Assembly (NCBI GenBank): GCA_020536535.1
Contig: JAHLWZ010000595.1
Span: forward strand, 1 to 52,747
Direction of reading: 5' to 3'
Origin: Pelomyxa schiedti
Lineage: Eukaryota > Protista > Evosea
DNA length: 52,747 bases
The notes beneath the pieces were generated by a model. It saw only the letters and a list, made by a program, of their open reading frames with translations. It was not told where the DNA came from and did no database searches. Each line of letters starts with the position of its first letter. Position 1 is the stretch's first letter. The position numbers and the translations under genes were made by a program. Below, piece after piece: positions 10,283-22,395 of the stretch.

Positions 10283-13200
10283 ATGCGGAAATCATCGTCT
10301 AAATCTCCGTCTCCGGCGTTGAACAGCAGCGGCTCCATGGCCGAAATCGGCGCATCGCACAACGCCACCGTTACGACTACGTTCTTTGGCAAAGTCGGCT
10401 ACAGACACCGCGTCACGATTACTTTCGTGGGAGCGAAGAATTTGCCGCTCAGCGACGGCGCCCCGGCGATCGTGAAGTGGAGGCGAGGGCTCGTACTCAA
10501 GGGCAGAGCGAAAAGTCCGCCTACGCCGGTTTCAAAGGGCTCAGTTGATTGGAATCTCCCTGTGAACTTCACGATTACGTTGTTCAAGGAATCGGGCACT
10601 GGCAAGTACGAAGAAAAGAAACTGCACGTGGCTGTTGGAGAGGTAACATCGGTGTTACAAAGGGGGTCGTTTTTCCTTCTTTCTTTCTCATTCCTTCTCC
10701 CCGATCCCAATAGGAGCGCAAAATCAAGTCATCAACTGTTGGGGAGGTCGAAATGAACTTTGCCGAGTTCGCTGATGCGTCGGGACCACAACATAGAACG
10801 TACACTCTTTCCAAAGCATCTAAGAACCCTCCGATTACCCTTAATGTAGGATCCAACTCAAATTACCTTGTTATTTATTTATTATATTATCCTAGATTGT
10901 TGTCAATGACGAGAACATGGGTGTTGCCAAGTACTTCTCCCTTGCACTTGGTTTAATCTTATAACTTTGCGCTAGGGAAGGTGATAATGATGAGGATGAG
11001 GAAGAAGAGATAGGGTCTTCGGCTGCCGCTGCCAGTCCCCCACCCGTTTCAATACCCACAATGTATTTCCACTTTTTCCTCAAGACCGACTTTTAACATC
11101 GTAAGTGACAATAGTGAAGAAGATGACTTGCAAAAAAAGCTTGAAGAAATGACAAAAGAAAGGGACGAATTAGCTGAAGCCTTTAAAGAACTCGGTATGG
11201 CTTCAAATTAACTCTTTGTTTTGTAATGTTCTTTGTAGAACAAAAGGATGTCGAGAATACTGACACAATATCAAACTTGCGGAAGGAATTAGACTCATCT
11301 GCCAAGAAGATAAAAGCTTTGAAAGATGACCTGCATGACTCCCATAAAGAAGTACACCTCCCTTTGCCCTATCTCAAACTATCTCAAACATTGCCATTTC
11401 TGTCTAGGCTCGCCAGCAGAAATCATCAGAACGCGATAACCAACACGAAACAGAAGAGCTTAATGAACAAATTGAAAAACTCAAACAAAAGGTAGCAAAC
11501 CTTGAAGAGCAACTAGAACAATCTCGTAGTGCAGCGGCACAAACGGAAAAACGTTTAAGTGCAGCGGTGGAAGAGTCCAGTAAGAGTGGAGATCGTATTC
11601 CCGAATTGGAAAGGCAAATTACCGAGTTGCAGAAGGACAAAGCTGCCCTTGCAGAAAAAGTTCATTCCAAGAAGGACAGGTCACACAACTTGAAAAAAAA
11701 GATAGCAGAACTCGAAGCGGCCCTAAAAGAGGCACAAAAAGAATTGGAGGAACTGGAAGACAGGTGTGAGGAGCTACTAGAGACCACCAAGAAAGCGAAA
11801 CGTCTCGAAACCGAATTGAAAGAAGAAAAAGCGGCAAGTGAAGCAGCTGCCAATTCTTTCAAGGAGCAGATCGCACAATTATCTGCTGAAGTGAAGAAAC
11901 TAACTGCTGCCCTAGATGAAGAAAAAGCAGTGAATCGAGTCCAAGCTCAGTCAGGAAACCAAAGCGAATCCCAGACACAAGAGATTATGGTTGAAAATCA
12001 ACGACTAAAATCACGGTTATCTAGCACAGAGGATGAACTGCAACAAACTACCCAAAAAGAACGTGACTTGGCAACTAAAGTTTCTGCTCTGGAAAAGGAA
12101 CTGCAGACGGTGAAAACCAGCTCAGAGGAAATGTCAAACAAACTCGAAAAATCCAACTTGCACACTGAAGAGCTGGAACACCGAGAACATGACAATACGA
12201 AAAAAATAACAGCCTTGGAGGATCAGTTGACTACTGTTAAAAAAAGTGCTGAAGAAGAAGCCGAGCAACTCAAAAAGAGAGTCGTTGAACTAGAGCAATC
12301 CTTGGAAAAGGCTTCCTCTCTATCACACCAAACCCTTTCTCAGCATGAAGAGCAGCTTGCAGTTGAGATCAAGAATTTGAAAAGTGCCAGAGATCAGGCA
12401 GAAGCCGAGGTTCGTAAGGTAAAAGGAAAAATCGGTGACCTGGAGAATGAGGTCCGTGATTTGAAGACTGCCCTCGATAATGAGAGAACCCTGAAAGAGG
12501 GGAGCGATAGAGTTGCAGGGAAAGTGCACGATTTAGAGGTTCAAATCAGTGAGCTTGAAAAGGAGAACAGACGTCTCCAAGACGCTCAAGAGGAAGAGCA
12601 CCAAAAGGCGAAGGAAGCTTCACAAATAAGGAATGAGAATAGTTTGATATATCATGCAGTAGAAGGGGTACTTTTCACCCTCATGTCTCTCCACCTCACA
12701 AATTTCGTCAGTGGCTTAAACCAACAGAAGATCATAGTCCTATCAAGTCTATGGCATCACTTGCAGTTACCTGGAGTATAGTACAATCCATTCATAGTAT
12801 TTCCAAAGAGTCACTGAGGTTTGCTATCTCGCCTTTATAAGCCTTATATAAGGGGGTAGTTTGTGTTTACTCAAGAGAACATATTCTTTTCTTCTCCAAT
12901 TAACAGCACTCATCCCACGTCCACATGCACACATTTCATTTGCCCAGTGGAGACCCTCCCTGATGGTGGTCCTTCCTACTTGCATAAGTTTTGCCATTTG
13001 CTCTCAAGCCAGTATACCCACATACTGAAACGAACGAAGAAAGTTGGTTCCCATCGTCTTAAGCAAACTAACAGTACCGCCAGGTTTTAAAACCACTTAT
13101 ACTCCCTTCAATATTAGAACAAAGCCTACCCGTATTTAGTAAGACAGAAAAACGTCCCGCCACTAAGTAAACAAACAGCTACATTGAAGAAAACTTAACC

Positions 13201-13855
13201 TTGGTAAAAGGAATTCTGGTACTATTATCTCCGCATTGACCGAGCTGATGCAGTATTCCAGTCTGACTCTTCCGAAGCCAGTTTACGTACAATTTTTCTG
13301 TCAACTTTACTACTGGATCAATGCAGTGGTTTTTAATCACATTGTCACGCACCCTGATATTTGTAAGTCTCAACGAGCCAACTGTACCAGTATTAACTGT
13401 TCCCAGGTACTTGTAGCACCGGTTTTCAAGTGAAATTGAGTTTATCACAACTGGAGGACTTGGCCTCCACCAACTCTTTCAAGGAAGCAAGGTAACTTCC
13501 ACTCCTGCAAACTTTTCACCTTCTCACTCGCCTCAGGTCCTTTTTAAGACACTGCCAACAAGCAGCTGGTGTATTGATGGTAGACCCTCAGGTTTTAGAT
13601 AACGCCATAAGCAGCAGTATCTTTGGCGTTCTCTCACCCAGTCAAGTCGCCACCCTTGTTGTTCACTTCCGTCCAGACAGGTACCTACCTAACACCTAAT
13701 ACTTATCCCCACTAACCGCTTCCTACAGCAATTTCCCTGGACTTGAAGTTCCCAAGGAGGTTGTGACCAAGATGGAAGCCCTTGTAACCACTGAGAGTGT
13801 TATCCTCGACCCGGAACAGCTCAAAATGCCCGAAACATGTGGTTTTTGTTCATGA
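10283..13855 (+). CDS. NT-C2 (EEIG1/EHBP1-type) domain + long coiled coil + Dilute (DIL) domain protein
   Basis: N-terminal IVKWRRG..VDWNLPVNFTITLFKE..KYEEKKL..TVGEVEMNFAEFA; about 400 aa heptad region (11567-12660); C-terminal QFFCQLYYWINAVVFNHIV..GFQVKLSLSQLE..LSPSQVATLVVHFRPD. Confidence 0.8.
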
Positions 13856-13933
13856 AAGGAAGAAATCGTAATACAATAGTAGTAGAAAGAACAAAACCAT
13901 TAAGTTAATTCAAACAAATTCCTATCTTTACTG

Positions 13934-15215
13934 TCACGGGTAAAGGTAACCAACCCAGCAGTACGGGGTCATTTTCAAGTGCTCAGATTCTTTCCTGGTT
14001 CCGGTTTCCACATCCCAATCAAAGAGTTGTGCACTGTGCACTGAAGGAGCTCCATACATGTAGAAGTGGTTGGTTTGCGGGATGTATGCGGAGCCAACAG
14101 CCCAAACATAGTTTTCCAGGGCATACGTGGTGCCAATATCAGAGAAGGTAACAGACGGATCAACAGTCATTTCGTCCAAACAAAGGTTGGCTGCTACACC
14201 AACTGGCCTTGGCCCTGAAAAAAAGTTAAGGTGTTACTAACTGACCAGGATCAAGTGACAATAATAATAGACTCACTTTGGATGCGGCTTTTCAAAATGG
14301 AATAAGGAGAGGGGAACGACATATTCACTTCAAGCAGGGACTCACCTCCTGGGATTGCTGAAGGAGACTATGATGATGAATGAGTTATAAAAGCCGTTGT
14401 GAAGGCATCTATTACTTCAAAACACCAGTACTTTGTCGCCCAAGGGTATTCTCCAATTGTTCCATCTCCACGAAAAACCAGCATGAGGCCAGAGTATATG
14501 ATGCCATCAGGTAATGTTATTTCGCTGTTCAAATTGGGGAAGAAATATTGATGACTCTGGCTATCGTAGGTCTGACCCCCGAGACTATGCTGTGATTTTA
14601 GCATACGAATGTTTAAATAGCGGAACATTACGTGAAACCCATCATCTCAGAGCTGGAGTTATAGGACGCCATCACAGTAAGTTCCCCAGTGGCTGGAACC
14701 ACGCTGTACAGGATAAGATCTCTTCGTACTGTGGTGCCCAGAATTACAGTGTGCCACACAGAATCGCATTTAACATCACCAATATATTCATCCACAGTGA
14801 AGTTTGCTCTTGACAGGGGAAAAAAAATAAAGTTACGCCAACAGGTCGCTGGAAAAGCCATTCAATTACCCAGTGTAAATCAAGGTCCCTGTTGTTGGAT
14901 CCAGGGCATCAATTCTGTGGATCCCAGACTCACCGTTGTAGCCGTACGCCATGTACACAATGTTGTCAACGTTATCAATGCACCCTCCAAGGTATGATCG
15001 GTCAGACATTACATATCTGATGGGAATGCATGAGCAAAAGTGAAGGGTGTTTTTTTTGGAACTCGCATGTCTGTTGGCTCCATAGGGTCAGCTTCAGTAT
15101 CCATGGTGTAAATTGTGATGGTCTCCAGCCAGTCATTATCTCCTATCAACACTGACCCCTCAACAGCCAGAAAAAGCCCTACAACACAAACCACTGCCCC
15201 CCGTCCAAACGGCAT
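13934..15215 (-). CDS. Secreted hypothetical protein, multi-exon, beta-rich (possibly a propeller)
   Basis: Signal peptide MPFGRGAVVCVVGLFLAVEG and a chain of minus-strand exon ORFs. No family recognised. Confidence 0.55.
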
Positions 15216-15576
15216 TTTCGTTTTTGTGGTTCCGTTATTTTAACTGATGACAAAAAGTCCAACGGTTTCACTTAAATGAGGTATCCTCGTGATAAACCGT
15301 GGAAAGCTGATATTCCCACAACTCATGTCATCATCATCTGGGATGGTGGAAAATTGTTGCTATTTTTGTTGCCTGGGTGGTAGTTCCTCTCCAGCCGGTG
15401 ACGGTGGGTGGCCTTGATTAGAAGAGGGCAGTTCTGTTGATCAGTTTTGGCGGTGATCTTGGAACCTTGACTTACTTAATTACTTAATTCCGTAATTACT
15501 GGAATAGAACCAAACTGGGTTTTACAAGCCAAAAAGGTTCCCAAAGTAATTTGTAAGTAAATAAAAATATAAGTAA

Positions 15577-18267
15577 ATGAGAGTATTCGAGCTAGGGTTA
15601 TGTTTTGTTCTCCTGCAGCTCTGTGGGCTGTCTGAGGGGACATCGGGACAACTTATTCTAAATGCACCATCAGGGGTGCAGACAGCAACACAGGGAATAG
15701 GCACGGCTTGGAGTGTAACAGTGAATGCTACTGCAGAGTGAGTAGTGGAAAAGAAATAAGGGTTATCATACTAACATGCCAATAGTACTCCGACTTATTG
15801 GCCACAAGAAATCCTGCGGAATGGGGCACCGACTCCATACTGCTACTATTCCAGTCTTGGCTCAGAATCAGCAACGGATAGACTCACCATTGATCTGCTC
15901 AAGGAAAGGAATATCACTTCTATGTTGCTGTTCTCCGCGGTACTCGGTGGATATTATTCAATGCTCAATGTTGAGGCGTCGGCGGTGAATGGGATAACAT
16001 CATACCCTGTCACACTGGCTCCCAGTATCTCAAAGCATTCTGCTTCTCGTTGACTAAGTTCTTGCCAGAGTGGACTGCTGGGGGGCCATTTGCTTCTGAT
16101 CAGACTGCCATGGAGTTATATGTCAACAGAAAAGTGAGATATATAACAATTCTTGCTAAAAAAACTTACCCAGACTGGTGGTTCTACATGGGGAAAATTC
16201 ACTTCTATGGTTTGATGAGAGTTTCCTGCAAATTACAACTGACGTGATTGTAGAATGTGCAACTCCTTGCAGTTATCCAACTATGTTAAATTCCGGCACT
16301 TGTGCTTGCATATCACGTATTGCCTGTTTCTGTAATATCGATCTCGTCACTTTTCTCCAGTTCCACAGTGTGACAGATACGTGCGCACTTCGCAAGTTAA
16401 TCAGTGGAGTCCATACATCCTTTCTTCACAAAGCGGATTCACGTCAACGGACACGTTGACAATCACTTTCGTAAAGCCAATTGTGAACGGGGAAGGTCCG
16501 CTGTCAATCTTGACATCAGGAGGTGAGAACCAACATGATCACATTTCGTGGCCAAGTAACATCTTCATCCTTCAGAAAAAAACACAGGATGTGGATGCCC
16601 CTCGAGCTCTTGCACGATCACTCAGTCGGGGTGTGATATTCAATACAGGTTCACCACCAACTGGCAGTTTTTCTTGAACAACTGCGGTCCTGAGCTCCTT
16701 CCGTCTGATGTCTCTCGCTTGTATTACAAGACAACCTTTAATTGTGTGTGAAACCAGTCTTTGTCAACACTTTCTGAAACACTCACCAGATAACTTTGAA
16801 ACGCTTATCGTCAATTCATCGGCGGTTCTGGCCACCAGAGAATCAACTCCAATATTTGTGGGTGGCAGTATGTCCAACACTATTCTAATAACTCGGTATA
16901 GATTTCGATCCCCAAGGTGATAGAATTGACCTCCGTGCAAATCAATGTCACAGATCCATATCTCCCTGCGGAGGTTAATGCCTATGTAAGTGTACCACTG
17001 GCTTTTCGTTGTTATCCCAATTATATCAGGTTCAAGTGAAGGAGATTGTCAACAGGCAACTCCGCCTCGAGTTTTACACAACCACACTCAGTCCATATGA
17101 CCTCAACATCACCGGAATATCTCAAAATGCGATGTTCTTGAACCAGACTTTGACGGTAAACTCAATCTTCATCCTTCTTCAAGAGTTTTGATGTGAAAAA
17201 TAGCACCAAAGCACTGTGTGCACCCTCACAACACCCACTTGTCAACAATACTGGCTGATTCAGAGTTTCCTTGCTCCAGGTAAGTTCAATCCCTTAAAAT
17301 ATTGGAGATTTACCAGTTTCTCTCAAGAGGTTTGCATTTTCGAAGGACAACCACTTCTTCTTCCATTCAACCTTCTCTGCCTCTCGGGTGCATCTTGCTC
17401 GTTCATGGTGAATGGAGTGGAAAAGCGCAACGGAACGTTGAGCATTCCTTTGTGGTCTCCCGATCTCTGTGGATCTGTGCAGGTATGATGACAAGAATGT
17501 GCCTGGAAAAATGGAATTAACGGTGGTTGGTTTTCAGGTCAATGCATCCCTGACTGGAACAATGAACATTTACAGTGACAGTTCATGCACAACTCTCAGC
17601 ACATCTTTCAAAGCTGTGCCTCCAACCTTTGGGTATCTACTGGTACGTTCCCCTTCAAGACACAGACTTCTACTCAAGTGCAAAAATAGATCAGCCTCGC
17701 CTCAACGATTTCCATTGATTCCATCACAATCAAGAACCTCAATGTGATAATTGACGGGATCCCAACTGCCATTGTGTGAGTGACTAGCCACTTTCACGAG
17801 TTATCTTCAGTTCGACCAATTCATTCCTCCAATAGGTTCAATGGAGTCAACACAGCACTCGCCACAACGTCCAAGTTCAGTTCCACGAACCCATGGGATG
17901 CTGCAAAGTCAAAAATGCAGATAGCCTTAGAGTTCAACATCAACTGGCTCACTCTTGGTATCAAAACATACATATTCCTTCCCCACATATGTCTCTTCCC
18001 TCTGCCTGAAAGCAATGGCTATTGTCACGCCACTAATCACACGAACTTGCAGAAATGGGAGAGATCAACGAGTTGAAATTCAACGCAGAGCTGAACGTGA
18101 ATTACAAAACGGCCAAGAGGGCAGACGACTACCCAGACACCATAAGCCTCGAGACTTCCTGCACGGTTTCTGGGCAAAATATCTTGTCGTCGTCCTCGAC
18201 TGCATCATCTCTTGTCGTTCGTCTCCCCTTGTTTCTTGTCTTATTCTTGGCATGTTTATTCTTGTAA
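15577..18267 (+). CDS. Secreted, probably GPI-anchored surface protein with a possible discoidin/galactose-binding-like N-domain and Cys-rich segments
   Basis: Signal MRVFELGLCFVLLQLCGLSEG; DRLTIDLLKERNITS and KVRYITILAK..IHFYG resemble F5/8-type C; tail SSSSTASSLVVRLPLFLVLFLACLFL*. Confidence 0.65.
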
Positions 18268-18487
18268 ATACTGTAAATAAAAAAAAGAAAGCAAGAAGAG
18301 TACCAGGGGGTGTGAATGGTTGAGAACCGTTCTGTTTTGGAACATTCATTCCTTCTCGTGGTTTTTTGGTGCTTGGACACAATCTGCCAAAGAGTATCAA
18401 TTCTGTGGATGCAAGTCCCACCATTATGGCCCTACTCCAGGTGTTGTCGTGTAGAAGTCAGTTTGTTTGTCATTTGCTGAGATTCTC

Positions 18488-19230
18488 CCAGATAACTTTG
18501 AAACGCGTATTGCCAATTCTTATGTTATTCAAGCCATCAGAGAGTCAACTCCCATATTTGTAGGGGTGGATTCTATGTTGTAGAGCCATCCTTACAATAA
18601 GTTATAGATCCACCTCCGTGCAAATCAAGTTTACAAATCCATATCTCCCTGTAAAGGTTGATGCTTATGTATGTGAGCCATGGCTCTTTCTTTGCTTCAA
18701 CTCCGCCTCGAGTTTTATACAACTACTCTAAGCCCATATGATCTTAACATTACAGGGATAACTCCAAATGGAATGTTTTTAAACCAGTCTTTGACAGTAA
18801 AAACCCTTTCTTCAACGAGGAGTGTTAATATGAACGTAGCACACCTCACGACGCCTACTTGTCAAAGTGCACAATAGATTAGCTTGACCTCAACGATTTC
18901 CATTGATTCCCAATCAAGAACTTTGAGGCGAATTAACGGGGTCCCCATTGTTATTGTGTGAGTGCGATCACTGATGAGTTGGACTTCAATTTGACAAGGA
19001 GCAAATTAGGTTCAATGGAGTCAACACAGCAGTCGCCACACAAGCCAAGTTCAGTTCCACGAACCCATGGGATGCTGCAAAGTCAAAAATGCATATAACC
19101 CACGAGTCACTCTTGGTGTCTAAATTTTCACTTCCCACGCGCCTGCATCACCACTCAAAACGTGCAGAGATGGGGCAGATTAAAGAGCCAGCGCCCATCT
19201 CTTGTCGTCCATCTCCCCGTGCTCATTGTG
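18488..19230 (+). pseudogene. Degenerate, internally deleted tandem copy of the 3' half of the upstream surface-protein gene (about 16786-18240)
   Basis: Collinear shared blocks: ccagataactttgaaacgc, acctccgtgcaaatcaa, caactccgcctcgagtttta, cctcaacgatttccattgattcc, ccaagttcagttccacgaacccatgggatgctgcaaagtcaaaaatgca, catctcttgtcgt. Large deletions, and no 5' half. Confidence 0.8.
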
Positions 19231-19588
19231 GTGTCTTCGTGTGTTGAATGCATTCAAACATGGTTTCATTTTACTGGAAGGGAGAAAAAAAAACAAAGGC
19301 TGAGGGGGGTAGAACCAGGGGATGGTGAATGGAGTAGCGTGGGGTTTTTGCCTCGCCGGGGACGCATGCCATGCGACCCGGGAGGCTGGCCGGTTTCTCT
19401 TTTCAGGGGAACCCGGCCAATATTGCATGCAGTTGCTCTGATGAGGATATTATTCGAAGTACCACACTCACATGGGAGCACCATTGCTCCCCCTCATCCT
19501 CCTCTCAACCCAAAACCAAGCACGTCGTTTTTTTTGGCCCGTTTTTTTCACCCAACCGGCATTATGGGTTTTGTTGTGGCTTCCTGGT

Positions 19589-20197
19589 CTAGTGCCTTCC
19601 CTCCTTGTACTCGACGGTGACAGGTGTTACTTTGAGGACCAGCAGTGTTGGGTCTAGTAGTTTCGTTGTGAGTGTTGGCTCTTTTGTGTGGGATAATACC
19701 TTCTACACCGCCTGGGAAGTATTGGTAGAGTGAGTCATTCCAGAGTTTTTCTTTGATTGCTCGGTCTGTTTCAAAGCTACAAGTTGCCATGACGCGCATT
19801 TCAGAGGCTTGATGGCAATCCATTCCTTCACGGCTCCACATGTATAAACAGGCTTCTAAGGAGACGTCAGTTGGACATTATAGTGTGGTTGGGATACTTG
19901 GAGATTGGTGCATTTCCGCTACCTTCTTGGAGTCCTTGCTTGTGAAAAACCTGGTGTAAAACAAAGTGAGCCAAACGGAATGTTTTAACAGAGATTTTGC
20001 CTCACCTTATAGATCCATCAGGTATCTTGTCGTTGATGCTGAGTGCCTCCATCGCTCTAACATTAGGCCCCTCTGCCGTAGCTGTAGCAACATACACAAC
20101 CCTTTCAGGGATTAGTATATTACGAGATACAGCGAACATACTTAATCTTGCGCATGTACTGCCAGTGGCGGTCCTCCATCCTTGTTGAAGTTGCCAT
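19589..20197 (-). CDS. Pyridoxamine 5'-phosphate oxidase-like FMN-binding split-barrel protein (general stress protein 26 type), 5 exons
   Basis: Spliced product MATSTRMEDRHWQYMRKIKVVYVATATAEGPNVRAM..IRFFTSKDSKKVAEMHQSPKACLYMW..DRAIKEKLWNDSLYQYFPGGVEDPTLLVLKVTPVTVEY. Confidence 0.85.
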
Positions 20198-20350
20198 ATT
20201 CTTTCCTTACAGATCGCTTCTTGGTTGTATCGTTTAGTTTGTTTGGAAAAATGATCTTTGCAAAAGAAAATTGTTTTAACGTTGACACGGCAGGCAATTA
20301 GTGTCATGTGTCAAAAAGTAAAGGGTTTTTTTTTTTAGATCTTACCATTT

Positions 20351-22283
20351 CTACAATGAATCCCCACTTTTGCACTCGCCAGATGGGACTGCAAAAGAGA
20401 ACCCCACGAATCTTGCTGAAGTATGCGGTTTGAGCAACAGTACCACGTCCCGTATGAAGAACGAAGGCAAAGGCGTCAAGATCAAGGATGCACATCTACC
20501 TTTCACACCAGTTAGGAAAGCAGTTGCCACCTGCATGTATGTGCCCCACTATTTTAGTGTTTTGTTGTTGTTATTTGTTGAAAACCTCTCAGATTTGGGA
20601 GCTCACCTCAATGGCCTCACGGATTTTGTAATTTGAGATGTTTGGAATACAGGAACACATTTTCCCTTTGCTCAACATATATAAGACGATTTTGGCATGA
20701 ATACATCTTTCTGGGCACACCTCTTGACAAGCGGAAATAGTTTTCTCAATTAGACCTGGTGTTTCGATAACACCAACCTGCAGTAATAGCAAAGCCAGGT
20801 CAAAGTTATTTGACGGCAAGGCAATTTCTAGAGGAGTAAGAGTTGAGCCATCTTTTTGAGGCCAAGAGATGGAACACCGGTCAGGTGTATGTGGGACTAC
20901 AATAGAAAGTGACTGCAGGTGCAGCCTACTTTGGCACATATTAATGAAGGTTGGAGAAAGCCAGTCATCTGCGCCACCTATTTTTGGAATCCTGGCTCTG
21001 TGTTGCAGGAGCAATCTGCAAATATCATGTTGACCTTGGATTAAAGCCAATTCCAAAGGAACAACCGCACTAGTACTTCCACACTGATCAGCAGAAATTC
21101 CATTGTCCAATATGGCTTCTACAACTTGTAAATTTTTCCCAGCTACAGCCCGGATTAAGATATTTTCAGGAGGGCTAGAACTATGTGACAGTAGAACTCT
21201 CATTATACATGCTGTTGATGTACAGGCTTGCAATAATGCCTGAGGAGAAACAGTTGCCCCATGTTCAATGAGACTGAGTACAAGACCTTCATTGGAAGCT
21301 TCAATGGCAATATCAAGGAGACATCCTGTATCAAATGCGCAATTGACATCAAGTCCATTGTGAATGAGCATATCCAGAATTTCATCGACTCGCTTTTTGC
21401 GGTCAACCTTGATAAATTGTTTGCCCTTACAAAGACTACGCAGACCCTCATATGCTCCATCACTATTGGCTTCAGAAACACGGTTTTCCAAAAGAACCCT
21501 CACATAATCAGCCATGGCAAAGTAGATTGCAATTTGCAATATATTTCCATCTCTGTCTAGTCCTGTATGCCCTGGGGCCATTTGTGCAAGTAAATCCAGC
21601 TTTTCACATTCAACAAGTACTTCCAGAACCTGGGCAGTGACATTCATTCCTGCCAGTAGCAAGGCTTCAATACTTGAGTACGCATTAGTGTAGAGTGCTT
21701 CTTTTAAGACCTCAGAGCTTTCAATAAAAGGTACTGCAAGTGATGCCACTTCCAGTATCTTTCTCATTTGATCCGTGTTCTTCCTTTTTTCACATCTTAT
21801 TACTGCAAACCACAGCTGCTTCCCCATGTTTTCCATGGCAACACTCTTTTGTGAGCCAGCACCCAGCAAAGCCTTTGCCGCTGCAATGGTGGGTTCAAGT
21901 AGTACTTCAATGCATTCCACACAACCCCATTTGGCAGCACTGAGTAACGGGCTACAACCTCGGCTGTCTACTTCTCCCGCCAATTTCATAAAGCATTGCA
22001 TCCCAACAGTATCCTGAATGATCCTCAACGCTTCCGCTGGGCGACACCCCGCGGTTTTCACTTCCGTCATTTGGTGGCTCATGTTACATTCCCTCGCCAC
22101 AACGTGCAACACATTCGATGCGCCGCTTGGAGTCTGCTCGCCGATTACTTGACGTAGTGCTCTGGTGAAGGTTTCCCTCCACTCAGGACTGTCCTCATAC
22201 TCCCTAATTAGCCTCACAAACTCCTGCAAATTGTCTCCTTCAGACCCTTGGACTGGGGGCTTTCGACCTCGCCTTCCAAACAT
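20351..22283 (-). CDS. Ankyrin-repeat protein with a C-terminal F-box-like motif on the last exon
   Basis: Ankyrin repeats (GCSPLLSAAKWGCVECIEVLL, PLELALIQGQHDICRLLLQHRA, TPLEIAL). Intron 20606-20531; last exon VATAFLTGVKGRCASLILTPLPSFFIRDVVLLL. Confidence 0.85.
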
Positions 22284-22395
22284 CACCCGATTCGCGTGAT
22301 CGTGGTTTTGAGAAACAAAGCAACAAGAAAAGACCTCGTCGGTTGAGGGAGGAATATTTTTTCAATTTCGCACAGTGACTGCTCTTGCAACGAGG

